From NCBI RefSeq assembly GCF_048934315.1, contig NC_133691.1:9311097-9375096 (forward strand): 64,000 bases of DNA, read 5' to 3'. Each line of letters starts with the position of its first letter. Within the stretch, counting starts at the first letter, position 1. Made by a program: the position numbers and the translations under genes. Source of the stretch: Petromyzon marinus (Eukaryota). The notes beneath the pieces were generated by a model. It ran no database searches and was not told the DNA's origin. It saw only the letters and a program-made list of their open reading frames with translations. This document shows positions 24,227 to 35,671 of this stretch, piece after piece.

Positions 24227-25178
24227 GTGAGTTATCTTGACCACTGTGTTGGCCTCAAATAATAACAAAAGTCGCCTTGTACCGTATCCAGTATTCACTC
24301 GCTTTCGATGAGAGAGAACAACTCGGAGGCGTGGGGAATTGCAGACAAGCAGGAAGGCAGTAGCCAGGCGGTGAGCCGGTGCTTCCAACAATTTCCCAAA
24401 CTCTGTGGCCCTCTATATATTAAGATGCTTTCAGCCAATCTGCGAGTGTTATTAAATGTGGGAGGAAACTGGAGCACTCAGAGGAAACCCTCGTACGCGA
24501 TGGGGCAATATCTCTATCCCATACAGATGGATCAAAGATGAGTCCACATTTTGCTGTTCCACCTTCTCCTGGCAAGCATAGCAGGGCACCTCAATGCCCA
24601 CGGGAAGAGAGTGTCATAACATTTGTGCGATCCACTAATCCACACCTCCACAGTTCTGGATTACAAGCGTACGCCACCACCGCCCGGATAAATAATAATA
24701 AATAATAAACACGTAATCGGTATTCAGAGACGATTATTTATAAGCTGTAAGATAAAAAAAAAATTCCATGGCTAATTAGAATAAAACTTTAAATCTCATA
24801 CCATCAGGGGCCATGCTGTAGTGTATAGCCTCGGCATCTATAAATATACCCTGCATTCACTGTTTTACATCCTATCCTGTATTGCTTGAAATGTATGGTC
24901 ATCAATTATATTAAATTCAAGGTTAAGAGATTTCTATGGTCCTTTCCCTCTGCTTAATCCCCCAACTGTTGACAAAGTTGGCATCTCCACTCTTCAAATT
25001 ATTGTTTCAGTTCACTTGTAATTAGAAAAAACAATTCTCACAAATAAATGTAGCAATTAGATCGGCATTTTGGCAAAAATTTCCACCGGATCTCGAAATG
25101 GCCTAACCCAAAAATGTTATTACGATTCGGTGATATTTCTGCTTACCAATGTATATGTCATTTATACATCTTCTCTAG

Positions 25179-25294
25179 GTGACAGTGATTGGTGGATGGG
25201 CAGCAGTGATGATGAGGAAATCAAGCCTGGGTGCCCAGACTGGATGCCCAGCCCAGAACAGATTCGTACTCTGTTTGAGTGTATCGCTAAGGAA
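25179..25294 (+). CDS. PAGR1: PAGR1 exon 2: (G)DSDWWMGSSDDEEIKPGCPDWMPSPEQIRTLFECIAKE
   Basis: Matches human PAGR1 [41 protein letters not shown]. Acceptor ttctctag|, donor |gtaagt. Confidence 0.8.
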
Positions 25295-26277
25295 GTAAGT
25301 TTTGTGAATCAATCACAGTAGTTTTACTCCTAACACTCAATACACACCTTCATGGAAGATAATGTTCAACGAATACATAATTAATATACACAAAATATCA
25401 ACATTATGTATAAAATGATGTGTTTTTTTTAATCAGTCCATTGAACCCCTGGACCAATGTGGACTGGCTCTTCTTCATGGGTGCATGAGCCGAGTCCATT
25501 CGAATAAACAACTGCTGCTCACATGCCAAACGATGTAGATAAGGTCTAGATTTGTAGATAAGAGCAGCTGCCCCCCCCCCCGCTGTGTGGGTCATGGGGT
25601 TTTTTTGTCCACTGGTCAGTGTGGGTCAATGATAGTAGGGAGCATAGCTGTGGGAGCATAGAAGTACAGTAGTACAACAGTGGGGTTTGCTGCACTGTCC
25701 TCTGCTGCCCATCACATAGCCCCACATCCGAGTTTAGCCTGTTTGTATATGAAAACCTACGTTTTAAGTTCCACAGATGTAAGTTAATTTAAGGGAAGAC
25801 CAGTGTGATTAGAGCAGGGAAGGATTGTAGCGTTTGGGTTTTTGTGGTGAGGCAGCTAATTGAGAATGCAAAGGATCCAAATGAATTGGCTTTAATGCTG
25901 TGTTCATCTGTTTGCAGACAAGTTTCATGTTCTGCAATAGCTTAAAACCCTCTTATATCACGTGACTTAAGCATTATTAAAATCATTGTAATATAAATTG
26001 CATTTGGATAGATGGCAGGGAATACCTATCTCACTCTTTTTCACAAATGTAGCTGCCGACATACCTCTTGGCATTGAATTATGGCATCTGTCATGACACG
26101 ATTTGAGTCTCTAATTTAAAAGGCATTCTAAGCAAATGAATAAGTGAATACCATTAAAAGAATATCATGTTCAGGTTTATTTTGTTTTAAGCTGGTGAGA
26201 ACTCAAGAGATATGGATAGTCTCTTTGGGACTTTACCATTAAAAGTAATATCTTTTCAATGTACACTCTGTGTTAAG

Positions 26278-26411
26278 GGTTCACTTCCACTAAAAATGAC
26301 ACATTTGCCTCGGCGACCACCCACCCCGGAACCTCAATGTCCGGATGAACCGGAAGAAGAAGGCCGAACAGAGCAGCCTGATGGGCAAAAGAGTGAAACA
26401 CTGGACGGAAA
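26278..26411 (+). CDS. PAGR1: PAGR1 exon 3: GSLPLKMTHLPRRPPTPEPQCPDEPEEEGRTEQPDGQKSETLDG(K)
   Basis: LPRRPPTPE is identical to the human PAGR1 motif ILPRRPPTPEAQ. Acceptor tgtgttaag|, donor aaa|gtaagt, phase 0 to 2. Confidence 0.8.
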
Positions 26412-26435
26412 GTAAGTCTCACGGTCATCTGTAAA

Positions 26436-26640
26436 ACCCGGCAAGGTGGCTGAGCCATAGAGCGAGTGGCTCGCAATCGGAAGGTTGAGAGTTCAAATCT
26501 TGGCTGGGGGTTTAGTTAGCGCATTAGTTTTCCAGGGTTGATAAAATAAGTACCACCGTGTGGGCAAGTCAAAAGTGGTTGCCCTATGGATATATTTGCT
26601 CCCCCCTTAGGAATGTCGAATTTCCACTACTGGCTCAGGG
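26436..26640 (+). mobile_element. tRNA-derived SINE, family C (ggtggctgagccatagagcgagtggctcgcaatcggaaggttgagagttcaaatct...) in a PAGR1 intron
   Basis: tRNA-like D and T arm motifs plus a unique tail. Confidence 0.55.
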
Positions 26641-27212
26641 CTGTAAACAGGTCATGATTACCAGTGCCTCAAAGCGAGTTTAAGCAGGAATTACATTTTA
26701 AAAAATGGTAACTGCATGTCTGTCAGCCAAATTGGCCCAGTGAATGCCAAATTTTCCTGGAATAATCCAGAGACGTATTGAATACGATTTTGAATGCGAC
26801 CTCTGTAAAGCCGCTAAGCTTTGGCCTCAGTCAAATATCTGTGACTAAAACAATTGCAATTTGTGGGGTGCGCTTGAAAAACCACGCTCCCGCACGTCCC
26901 ATATTGATGCCGCCTCAATACTCACAAATGTCATACTCCCATTTACCTATCATGGCTTTACTAACATCATCCTCAAATAAAAATGTTTACACATTGAGTA
27001 ATACATTTTTATATAACAATTAAATACTGAGTGGGCTTCTCACAACAGGAAATGGATATGCGCTATGCCTGTTTCCACTGTCACAATTCTTTTATTCACA
27101 AAATTTACTGGATAAACACATGCAATGGAAGCTTAGCGATTGTTTAATGACTAATTTTTCTCATTTTTTTTGAAAATACACTCTTCTATTTGTGTCATGT
27201 GTGAATGTGCAG

Positions 27213-27304
27213 GTGTGACACCCCATCAGAATTTGATTTTAACGAGGAACTGACTCCAAAGAAAACCAACGACAAGAAGCTATTCAGTCCACGTAGGACT
27301 CCAG
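27213..27304 (+). CDS. PAGR1: PAGR1 exon 4: (K)CDTPSEFDFNEELTPKKTNDKKLFSPRRTP(G)
   Basis: Matches human [25 protein letters not shown]. Acceptor gaatgtgcag|, donor ccag|gtaatc. Coordinates may be off by 1. Confidence 0.8.
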
Positions 27305-28485
27305 GTAATCAGAGTGTTCTACTTTTGTATGGTAACACTTGGCTGCAGTGAAGTGGGGGAATGGGTTTCTATATGAGGAGATCATTTAAAATGATCCTCA
27401 AGCCATTACAAGAACTGCAGGCACGTCGCTCCATGCCGAGCCATGCATGTGCCATGATACAGGGTGAATAAATAGTGCGTTCATTTAAATATGAATATCA
27501 CCTGAGAATAATTGATAGTAATGACGTAGACTTGCCGAACCTCTATCAGTAATATTTAGTTTACGTGGATTAATCTAGTATCAGTCACCAACCCATGGCA
27601 TTTCAGGAGCCGGCCAACGGGGATTACTAATGTGACGTCGTAACAGGAAACTCAGGCTTCTCTTTGAGCTCGCGAAGCCAAGAGACAGCGGGTAGACAAG
27701 GAGCTCATCTGTGCCTGGGGCTTCATAGGTTGAGCCCGACAGAACCTGGATGTGTTTAGTTATGCAAGCACACCAGATAAATTACGGCACCGCGTAATTG
27801 AGCAAACCACTTAATCCAGCAATTAATCCTCCAATTCGAACACTTTCTGCAAATGTTGACTCATCAGACAGAGAAGTGCATGCATGCAGGCTGAAAACAA
27901 AAGGGTGCTCAAAAGTTGGTTTCTAGACAACGAAAGGTGCGATTGTGACCACTGGATTCAGAGGCAGATCGAGAAACTTTGCAAGAAACTTCTCAGCCTG
28001 TATTTTGCAGTTCCCCAAATATCAGCAAGTGTATGACCATGTGGAATGACCAAGTAACCCATTTTAAATCAAATTAACAAATAGGAGACTCAGGGTGGGT
28101 TCATATTCCAATTGCCACTGTTGTGCATGGGCAATAATTGTAACCAGTTTACAATTTTACAGTCATTGCCATACATTAATGGAGTGATGAACACTAAATT
28201 TTACATAAAGGTTTTATCAGCAAATAATGTAAATGGACAGTGAGGATGCGGCAATAGTACTTTGGCTTGACCAAATCCTCGAGAGGTCATGGTTCAAAAA
28301 CGAAAGTCCTTTGGTGTTGAAGAACGTTTAATTTTTTTGTTACGTTTTCTGTACAACTGCGGAGCGCAAGGATTCTTCGTGGTTTTTCACATTGGCTCCA
28401 TAAGGAATGGCTGTTTTAAGTGGTAATTACACACGTAAATACCTTTTGTTTATTCCAAGTTGACGTTTGTGACATTGGCTCACAG

Positions 28486-28649
28486 GAAGCGGAGGGCGGA
28501 TACCGAAGCGCGAGGCTCGTCTGGACAAGGTGCTGTCCGACATGCTGCGCCACAAGCGGATGGACCAGCAGCTTCAGCAGAGATCCAGCCAGCACGGCGC
28601 TCCCGAACGCGACGCACAAACACCCACCACCAAGAGAAGCGCTTCGTAA
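28486..28649 (+). CDS. PAGR1: PAGR1 exon 5 (terminal): (G)SGGRIPKREARLDKVLSDMLRHKRMDQQLQQRSSQHGAPERDAQTPTTKRSAS*
   Basis: KREARLDKVLSDM(K/L)RHK is identical to human PAGR1. Stop TAA 28647-28649. AATAAA at 28731-28736. Total CDS is 624 nt, in frame. Confidence 0.85.
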
Positions 28650-28730
28650 TTATAGGACAAAAAAAGTTTAAAACGAGTTTGTTTTTTTTGTATTGAACAA
28701 TGTTTTTCTTACTCTTTTTGATTCGATTGA

Positions 28731-28736
28731 AATAAA
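28731..28736 (+). terminator. PAGR1: Polyadenylation signal AATAAA for PAGR1
   Basis: Canonical hexamer 82 nt after the stop codon. Confidence 0.6.
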
Positions 28737-29574
28737 ATTTATTTTATTATCGGTGTCTGGATTTTTATTTATATCTAAATCAGTTTATATTCCTCATTTG
28801 CAGCACTGATATTAGTCGTTGCAAATGTTTCAATTGACACATTTGTTTATGGTTCACACGCCGCCGAGCGCGAGACTCAGACGTTCTGCAGCCCTGAGTC
28901 ACCAGAGCACAGGACTTGTGCTTGAACCAAACGTAACGATTTCCCCGCAATTCGGGAAGGGTGGCACCCTACGAAGTGGTCATTCCCCGGGCCCAATCCC
29001 GGCACGATTTTCCTGGTGGAATGGGGGTGGAGGGCCTATAAATAGCGAAATTGATGACCGTGGCGACTTTGTGAATCCATGCGTGTCTGTCAACCAGCCT
29101 GTCTGCATGGGCCTCATCTCTTGATATGGGAGTCGGCACCACTCGGAGCCGTGTGTTATATATATATCTCGTACCATTTCATTGGCACTGCTTGTGCTGA
29201 TATTTTAAAACGGTTGCCAAAGCACAGGTCCAAAATGTGCAACAGGTGGCATTCAAATATTGTAATACACCGAAGCCTTGAACATCGCAGGGGGTTACGT
29301 TCTTGACAATAGCTGCAATCGGCAAGTCCGCGATTCGTAAACTGAGAAGGGAAATGGGAAAACGAGGGTTTCGTTCACGGTTTCGTCATATGTTACACCT
29401 ACATCAACCCCTGGGTCACCATCGTCTCTGCACTGCGTCTCCCGCCCGTGCAGTTCTCGCAAGCGATTCGACTCCGCGGCGCAAACCGTGGAATCGATTC
29501 GGGGGGGGGGTCACGCCGGTCACGTGACGAGAGAAACGCGCGGGAAACGGCGCAGAGCGCGAATTTGTGTACGA

Positions 29575-30110
29575 TCACTCCGCGGTCTCTGTTGTCACAC
29601 ATCGCCTCCCTCTTGTTCTCTTCCACAGTCTCTGTTGTCTCCACATCGCCTCTCTCTCCCTCTTGTTCTCTTCCACAGTCTCTGTTGTCTCCACATCGCT
29701 TCTCTCTCTGGAGGCTCCCTCTTGTTCTCTTCCACAGTCTCTGTTGTCTCCACATCGCTTCTCTCTCTGCAGGCTCCCTCTTGTTCTCTTCCACAGTCTC
29801 TGTTGTCTCCACATCGTCTCTCTCTCTGGAGGCTCCCTCTTGTTCTCTTCCACAGTCTCTGTTGTCTCCACATCGTCTCTCTCTCTGGAGGCTCCCTCTT
29901 GTTCTCTTCAACAGTCTCTTGTCACCACATCGCTTCTCTCTCACCCTCTTGTTCTCTTCTACAGTCTCTGTTGTCACCACATCGCCTCTCTCTCTCTGAA
30001 GGCTCCCTCTTGTTCTCTTTCACCGTCTCTGTTGTCTCCACATCGCTTCTCTCTCTCCCTCTTGTTCTCTTCCACAGTCTCTCTCCGCACGGTCCCTCCG
30101 CCGTAACGCG
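29575..30110. repeat. Minisatellite, ~60-bp unit (ctccctcttgttctcttccacagtctctgttgtctccacatcgcttctctctctggagg), ~9 copies
   Basis: Direct reading. The overlapping track ORFs on both strands are artefacts. Confidence 0.85.
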
Positions 30111-30523
30111 GCAGGCGGAGTGGTGGTGGTGAAGGTAATGACGAGGTGTAGCGGTGTGTTGCAGAGTGAGTGACGGGCGAGGAGGTGTGATGCTGAGGCG
30201 TGGTTGGTGATGTGTGTGTGTCTGTGTGTGGTTAAAGAGTGTTTGTGAGACGTGGTGAGGGAGTGATCGGTGTGCTGAGGCGGCTATTTTGTCTTGCGTT
30301 TACTACTTGAAGTGCGGGTTTGCGTAAATCAACATCACTGCCGATGCTCTGTGTTTCTGCTGTAATCGAAAGGATTGCGTGGATGTACTCTTATGTTGAA
30401 CATCTTTCGACGCAACTACATATTTCAATTTGGTGGGGCTATGCAAGATGCGACTATTGGCCCCCTCTTTACTCCCCGCTCCCCCTGACTCACTACTGAA
30501 ACATCTACGGATTTTTTTTAAAC

Positions 30524-30754
30524 TATATTCTTTGGGTCTTTCGGTAAAGTCGCGTAGAAACATTTTTCTTTTTTACAAAAAACTACGACGTTTCGATCGC
30601 AACACAAGCAATCGTCATCAGGATTGCTTGTGTTGCGATCGAAACGTCGTAGTTTAAAAAAAATAATTTTTAGTTGTTTTCTGCGTGACTTTACCGAAAG
30701 ACCCCCCAAAGAATATGAATTCCTACAGTCACGAAAACTTTTAAGTCAAGATTT
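30524..30754. mobile_element. Foldback MITE family, full copy; central hairpin cacgacgtttcgatcgcaacacaagcaatcgtcatcaggattgcttgtgttgcgatcgaaacgtcgt
   Basis: Conserved termini ctatattctttgggtctttcggtaaagtcgcgtag ... gtgactttaccgaaagaccccccaaagaatatgaattcctacagtcacgaaaacttttaagtcaagatttt. Flanking ttttaaa(a) on both sides. Confidence 0.8.
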
Positions 30755-31440
30755 TAAAAACTAGTTTTTGAATAATGTGGACTCTAACCGTACTATTCTA
30801 GTTGCACCGTGTATTGTGTTTTGAGGAAGACAGTCTCGCAGTGACAGCGTTAATAATAAAATATATTTAATGATACAGTACTCAAGTTAGCACGCGTTGT
30901 GCTTTCATTACGGCCAATCGGTCAAGGATTTCGTCAAAAGGAGGTCGTGGATCGGGCTACTTTATGCTGATCGATTGATATCGCCAGATGCGTTAATCGG
31001 TACTGGTCCATGGTAGACCGTAGGTAACATTTTTAAATCAAATTCCTTAAGACGTTTTGCTTGTTTATCTGTTGGCCGGCGTCGCATAACGCTGCCACGA
31101 ACCCCATAGTTGCGCCCCTGACCGTACACTGCACCAACCTCAACGTTTTGTTATTGCTTCCGTCAATCTTCATCGACAAAATCATGGCTTGTACCACTCG
31201 CGTGAGACTGCCTTGAAAGGAAAATATATAATAGGCGACCGTTCGGACAATGACCCATCTTCATAGCACGATTCCACCATACCTGTCAACCCATACGTTT
31301 TACCCGTATTCCTCCTGTACAGGGAAATTTCGTTTTCAGGTCCAAACGGCGTACAGCCGCTACAATACGGGGCTTTGTAGGGTGAACGTTGAGATTTATA
31401 GTGACACGGAGTGACCAATGAGGTCTGAATTTGTAATAAG

Positions 31441-31800
31441 GTAAAGTCACGTAGAAGGGAAATAATGAAATAATAAAAATTCTAAAACAAATAAAATTAT
31501 CACGACGTTTCGGCCACAACACAAGTAGCCTTCCTCAGGTGAAGAAACAGAACTGTCGGAAAGACAGCGCTCCAATGAACACTGCTAAGCTTGGCAGCAT
31601 ATTTTAAGCTGGGTGGGAGGAGCAGAGCGCCTTGACAAAGGAGTTTACATATCAACAGAAGAATTTAGCATTGAAGTAGCTGTGTTAATGTGAGAGATTA
31701 GCAGGATTTTAAGGTCAGAATTTTGCATGTAACTGGTCACGGAAGTAGCTATGTTAAAGTCAGAGTTTACATGTCAACAGAGGCATTTAGTATATTGACG
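31441..31800. mobile_element. Foldback MITE family, long-variant partial copy (left arm plus internal gttaatgtgagagattagca-type repeats)
   Basis: ggtaaagtcacgtag...cacgacgtttcggccacaacacaag... then internal units shared with the 49861-50394 copy. Confidence 0.6.
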
Positions 31801-32762
31801 CTAAATAACTGCAACTACCCAACTATTATACAATAAACCGACGTGAAATAACTAAGTATAAACTACATCAATAAAGGTAGGACTGATAAGGGGTTGATAT
31901 ATTGCAATATTCCCAGGAGCTAAGAGTGCCGTCATGAGGTCTGTTGGCCACGAGAGGGTTTCAGGAGAGCATTCGTGTCGTGCTGTTCCTTTGTAAGAGC
32001 AACACACTACTACAGTGGTTTATTATGTGGTACATAATTTGAGTCGCATGATCACAGTCGAACTAGTGTGGCTTGTCTTTACTTTTCCATTCATGGAGAC
32101 GTACGCATCGGCCTGTTGAAGTTCTGATGCGGTGAGTTGTTAAACAGGTGTCTTGGAGCAGGAATGTCAAAGCCAGGAGGTACGTGATGCTGTCAGCATT
32201 CTATGGGTGCACATCTGTGAAAACGAGATTTATAGCTCATCGGATTCCTTCAGTATAAATAAATATTCTGATTCGCTGTGGTTTTTGGCAGTCTGTTGGT
32301 TTTGAGGCACCTAGGTTCCAGAGGAGTTGCCAGGCATTACAGCCATAGTGAGTGCAGTCTTAAATCTGCAGTGACGTCTTCCTCATGTTTCATTCGTGCA
32401 GAGTTCAGGGACAGTGCGGTGCCCTTATCACGGTCACAAGTGATTTTGAACTGTTTCCAAGAGTTCTGTTTCTAATTGCCAACAAGGCTTCATAGCACAT
32501 ATATTGCATGCTATGCAGAAGGGTGATTGCCGGAAGCATTGCTTATTTTTTTTATTTTTCCTTTTAGGGCATTGTTATTGATTAATGTGTTCAGTTTTTT
32601 GTGCTTTGTGGCACCACTGCCAATGTCAGTGTCGCCGAATAACCGGCGTTAAATCCGTAATGTCTGCGCACATGTATACGGTAAATACACATATCGCTGT
32701 TCATTCCCCAGTGGCGCTACTGCTGCTGCGAGGGGGCTGCAGACTCGCTGAGTGTCAAGCAG

Positions 32763-32966
32763 ATGAGTGACAGCAAGGGCCGGGCGCGCTGGGCCCAGCT
32801 GCAAGAGCGCGTGTCACTACGGGCGCGTATCTTCAGCAAGCTGCCCCTCGCCACCGCCCCTTACCGGCCCCGCCTGTCAACGCCAGACCAACCCCCGCAC
32901 ATGTGGCGCCTCTTCCACCGACAGGCGGACGCGCTGCAGTTGGCGCGCAGCGCCGCCCCAGCTCAG
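32763..32966 (+). CDS. PRIMPOL: PRIMPOL exon 1: MSDSKGRARWAQLQERVSLRARIFSKLPLATAPYRPRLSTPDQPPHMWRLFHRQADALQLARSAAPAQ
   Basis: Matches human PrimPol N-terminus SSVYRPRLSKPEEPPSIWRLFHRQAQAF. Donor gctcag|gtaagg. GC/CpG-rich upstream region. Confidence 0.9.
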
Positions 32967-33213
32967 GTAAGGAGCGGCGACACGAGCCCCTCACGACGCC
33001 CGTTTTTTGTGTTTCAACGCGCGCAGCCAGAGACACCCAGGAGAGTTTCCCCATGGTTTAGTTATCTGGATTCAACCGAAATTGCTTTTGGTGTTTACGT
33101 GCAAATGTAACCATTTGTTGTCAGCTTTTCTGCTTTACCTTTTTGAAATGAAATATATTTTGAAATCCGGTACATATGAGTATGGGTCGCATTGTGTGTG
33201 TGTGTGTGTCCAG

Positions 33214-33314
33214 GAGGTACACACGTTCGCATTTGAGCGTCCTAACCAAGCGCCCACAGGTACAAGAGCCTTCCTGGTCACATCCTACTCCGAGTTTTGG
33301 CATTACTATCATGT
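33214..33314 (+). CDS. PRIMPOL: PRIMPOL exon 2: EVHTFAFERPNQAPTGTRAFLVTSYSEFWHYYH(V)
   Basis: Matches human VHVFALECKVGDGQRIYLVTTYAEFWFYYKS. Acceptor (GT)n-gtccag|, donor catgt|gtactg in phase 2. Confidence 0.85.
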
Positions 33315-33829
33315 GTACTGCAGTGGAAGGTACGAATGCCCTCGGTGTACACTATGTGTTGCACAGTACTTGCTATGAACTGCACCAGATATGTTATCTT
33401 GTAGACACTTTTAGCAGACAACTCTCCAATCATACTACCAATTGGCACTTCCTAGATTTAATTTCCACTGTGCATGATGTTTAAAAAGCAGGACGACAAC
33501 GCTTTATTTTTTACATGCACTCTTTCAAAACCCAAAATAGAAATGTATGCTATTTTGCACAGGTATGCACGACTTACATTCTGTATCCTAAATTGGTATG
33601 CTATATTTCTTTCTGAGGGAAGAAAATGATGGCCATAGACAGAAGAGGAAGGTCTTGAGCCTGAACTTGAAAAAGGGCAGGGAGTTGACAGATTAATGAT
33701 GGCGCAGATGCAGTCATTACCTTGATTAGAGACGAATCGCACCGCGTTCCCTCTCGCCAACACGGAGAGACCTTTATTGAGCAATTATATTGACTGGGAG
33801 TGATTGTGATTGGTGGCGTGTTCCTGTAG

Positions 33830-33962
33830 GGCATCACACCAGGCGCATTACTACGAGGTGATCCCAGAGGGCAGCACGTGTCACTTGTATTTTGATGTGG
33901 AGTTCTCACGGGAGAGCAACCCTGACCTGGATGGGGGTAGCTTAACAGCCACTCTCATTAAG
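33830..33962 (+). CDS. PRIMPOL: PRIMPOL exon 3: ASHQAHYYEVIPEGSTCHLYFDVEFSRESNPDLDGGSLTATLIK (contains catalytic DxE motif FDVE)
   Basis: Matches human LLHCYEVIPENAVCKLYFDLEFNKPANPGADGKKMVALLIE. Acceptor ttcctgtag|, donor aag|gtgagt. Confidence 0.9.
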
Positions 33963-34177
33963 GTGAGTAGCCCATAGGTCTGCACCCTTCACGGATTGAG
34001 GGATTGAAGGTGCATGAGGGGTCAGGGTCTCACGAGATGATGCCTGTCTCAGGACCAGTGTGAATTCCACATGGCTGTGGTTAAAGCAGCAGGTGAAAAA
34101 GGTAAAGGTTTGGCCTTGCAATAAATCTCCTGCTGGGCTATATCACCACCCATGTTGACACGTGTGCTTGTGGGCAG

Positions 34178-34343
34178 TATGTCTGTGCATGTATTCAAGC
34201 GTGCTACGGGCTGGCTTGCACGACGGGAGATGTGCTTTCTCTGGACTCAAGCTCAGCCAGCAAGTTCAGCCGGCACTTGCTGTTCCACATCCCTGGTGCA
34301 GCTTTTCAGGACAACCTGCAAGCCGGCACGTACACACTGCTGA
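34178..34343 (+). CDS. PRIMPOL: PRIMPOL exon 4: YVCACIQACYGLACTTGDVLSLDSSSASKFSRHLLFHIPGAAFQDNLQAG(TYTLL); 3' boundary 34343 chosen for phase compatibility (alternative donor at 34329)
   Basis: Matches human YVCKALQELYGVNCSAEDVLNLDSSTDEKFSRHLIFQLHDVAFKDNIHVG. Acceptor ttgtgggcag|. Donor ctga|gtcaca gives phase 1, matching exon 5. Confidence 0.75.
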
Positions 34344-35128
34344 GTCACACAGTGCCGTAGCCAAAAGTACCAGACACAATCTTCATTGTAAAAATACAGA
34401 TATTTCTTTGAAGATTTTTTTTCATAGGCTTTCACAATTAATATTATGTTTCATAATAATTTCTTTAGATATACATATCGTGTTGATATTATGTACATTT
34501 TTAACTATACAATAAAAACTAAATAATTTGGCATATTCGTGCGTAAAGAGAAGAAATTTTACCTGCTGTGTCGTGACGGAACAGAATGTGAATGAGGCAA
34601 AACTGTTTGTTTATGATACCCATTGTCCAATGCAGTATTTTGCTGAAAACATGTGACTGGATATAACCTGTCCTGCATTTAGCATGGTTTTTGAAACCCC
34701 TTACATATTGGAAGTTACTGAGCCACATCCTCAAGTAAAAATTAGAATGAACTCTGTGTCCTGCCGTTAGAATGATTATTTTATGAATGCCTTTCACAAA
34801 AAAACATCACCCAAAGCTCTAGAAAATAAAAAACAGATTTAATTATGAACACAAAAGAATAACTACTGTCACAAGCAGGTGAGGAAAACCCCAATCCTGT
34901 AATTTAACTGGGGGGAAGATGGTACAATAATAATGTCCTTACATGTGCTGTTGCCACACATACTAGTTGCTACACACGAGCTACTTCCATTTGTTCAACA
35001 AAATCACCCTATGACCAAGGCACAAGCTATTCAATGTCCTTGTTCTAGGATATGTATACAATATATGTTTAAAGCATCATGTGTTTGTATTTTAACATAT
35101 CTTTCATAACCCTTGACCGAACATTCAG

Positions 35129-35671
35129 GAAACTTTGTCCGAAAAATATTCAAGCCGCTTGCTGAGAAAATTTGCAACATTAAACTGCAAGGTGTCCCAG
35201 AAGCCCATTCTGTGTGTCCGACTGAAAGTCCAGCAGTGCCACATATTGCAGAATCCACATTATCCCAGATGCTTCAGGGAGAGTTTAAGATCAAAGAACC
35301 ATTGGATATCCTAGAATCTCACAAAACACTGTGGGATGATGCCGACTCTAATGATTCATGGATTGAGAACTGGAAGAGGGAGTTCGACCTAGAGTCTTCA
35401 CGCTGTGGTTCTGAAAATGATCAGGAGTCGAAAAGCAATGGAGAGTGCACAGGAACCCTGCATGATCACACAAACACACAGTTCACCAAGGCAGGAGAGA
35501 TGACCCTGGACTGTTCTGAAACATGGTATTACCCTCAAGATCAGGGGACATCAGGACCTGAGAAAAGGTCACTGTGGGATATCTTGGATTACAGAGCAAC
35601 CTGGCAACATTTTCTGGAGGCTTTGATTGTGAAGGACAAAACCGGACAACTCACCCTGGCTGTTGACCTAG
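35129..35671 (+). CDS. PRIMPOL: PRIMPOL exon 5 (543 nt): (R)NFVRKIFKPLAEKICNIKLQGVPE...acidic/Ser-rich linker...EKRSLWDILDYRATWQHFLEALIVKDKTGQLTLAVDL(G)
   Basis: GNFVRKIFKPLAE matches human GNFLRKILQPALD. The end LTLAVDLG matches human KHLFVDLG. Acceptor aacattcag|, donor ctag|gtaaga. Track ORF 35113-35688 is in the same frame. Confidence 0.85.

Noticed and set aside
26436-26520. tRNA-like sequences (also 1865-1935, 9070-9150, 56330-56400, 57120-57195) considered as bona fide tRNA genes
   Set aside because: Each is followed by a family-specific tail shared with other copies (SINE architecture), and acceptor stems do not pair cleanly. They are best explained as tRNA-derived SINE heads or pseudogenes.
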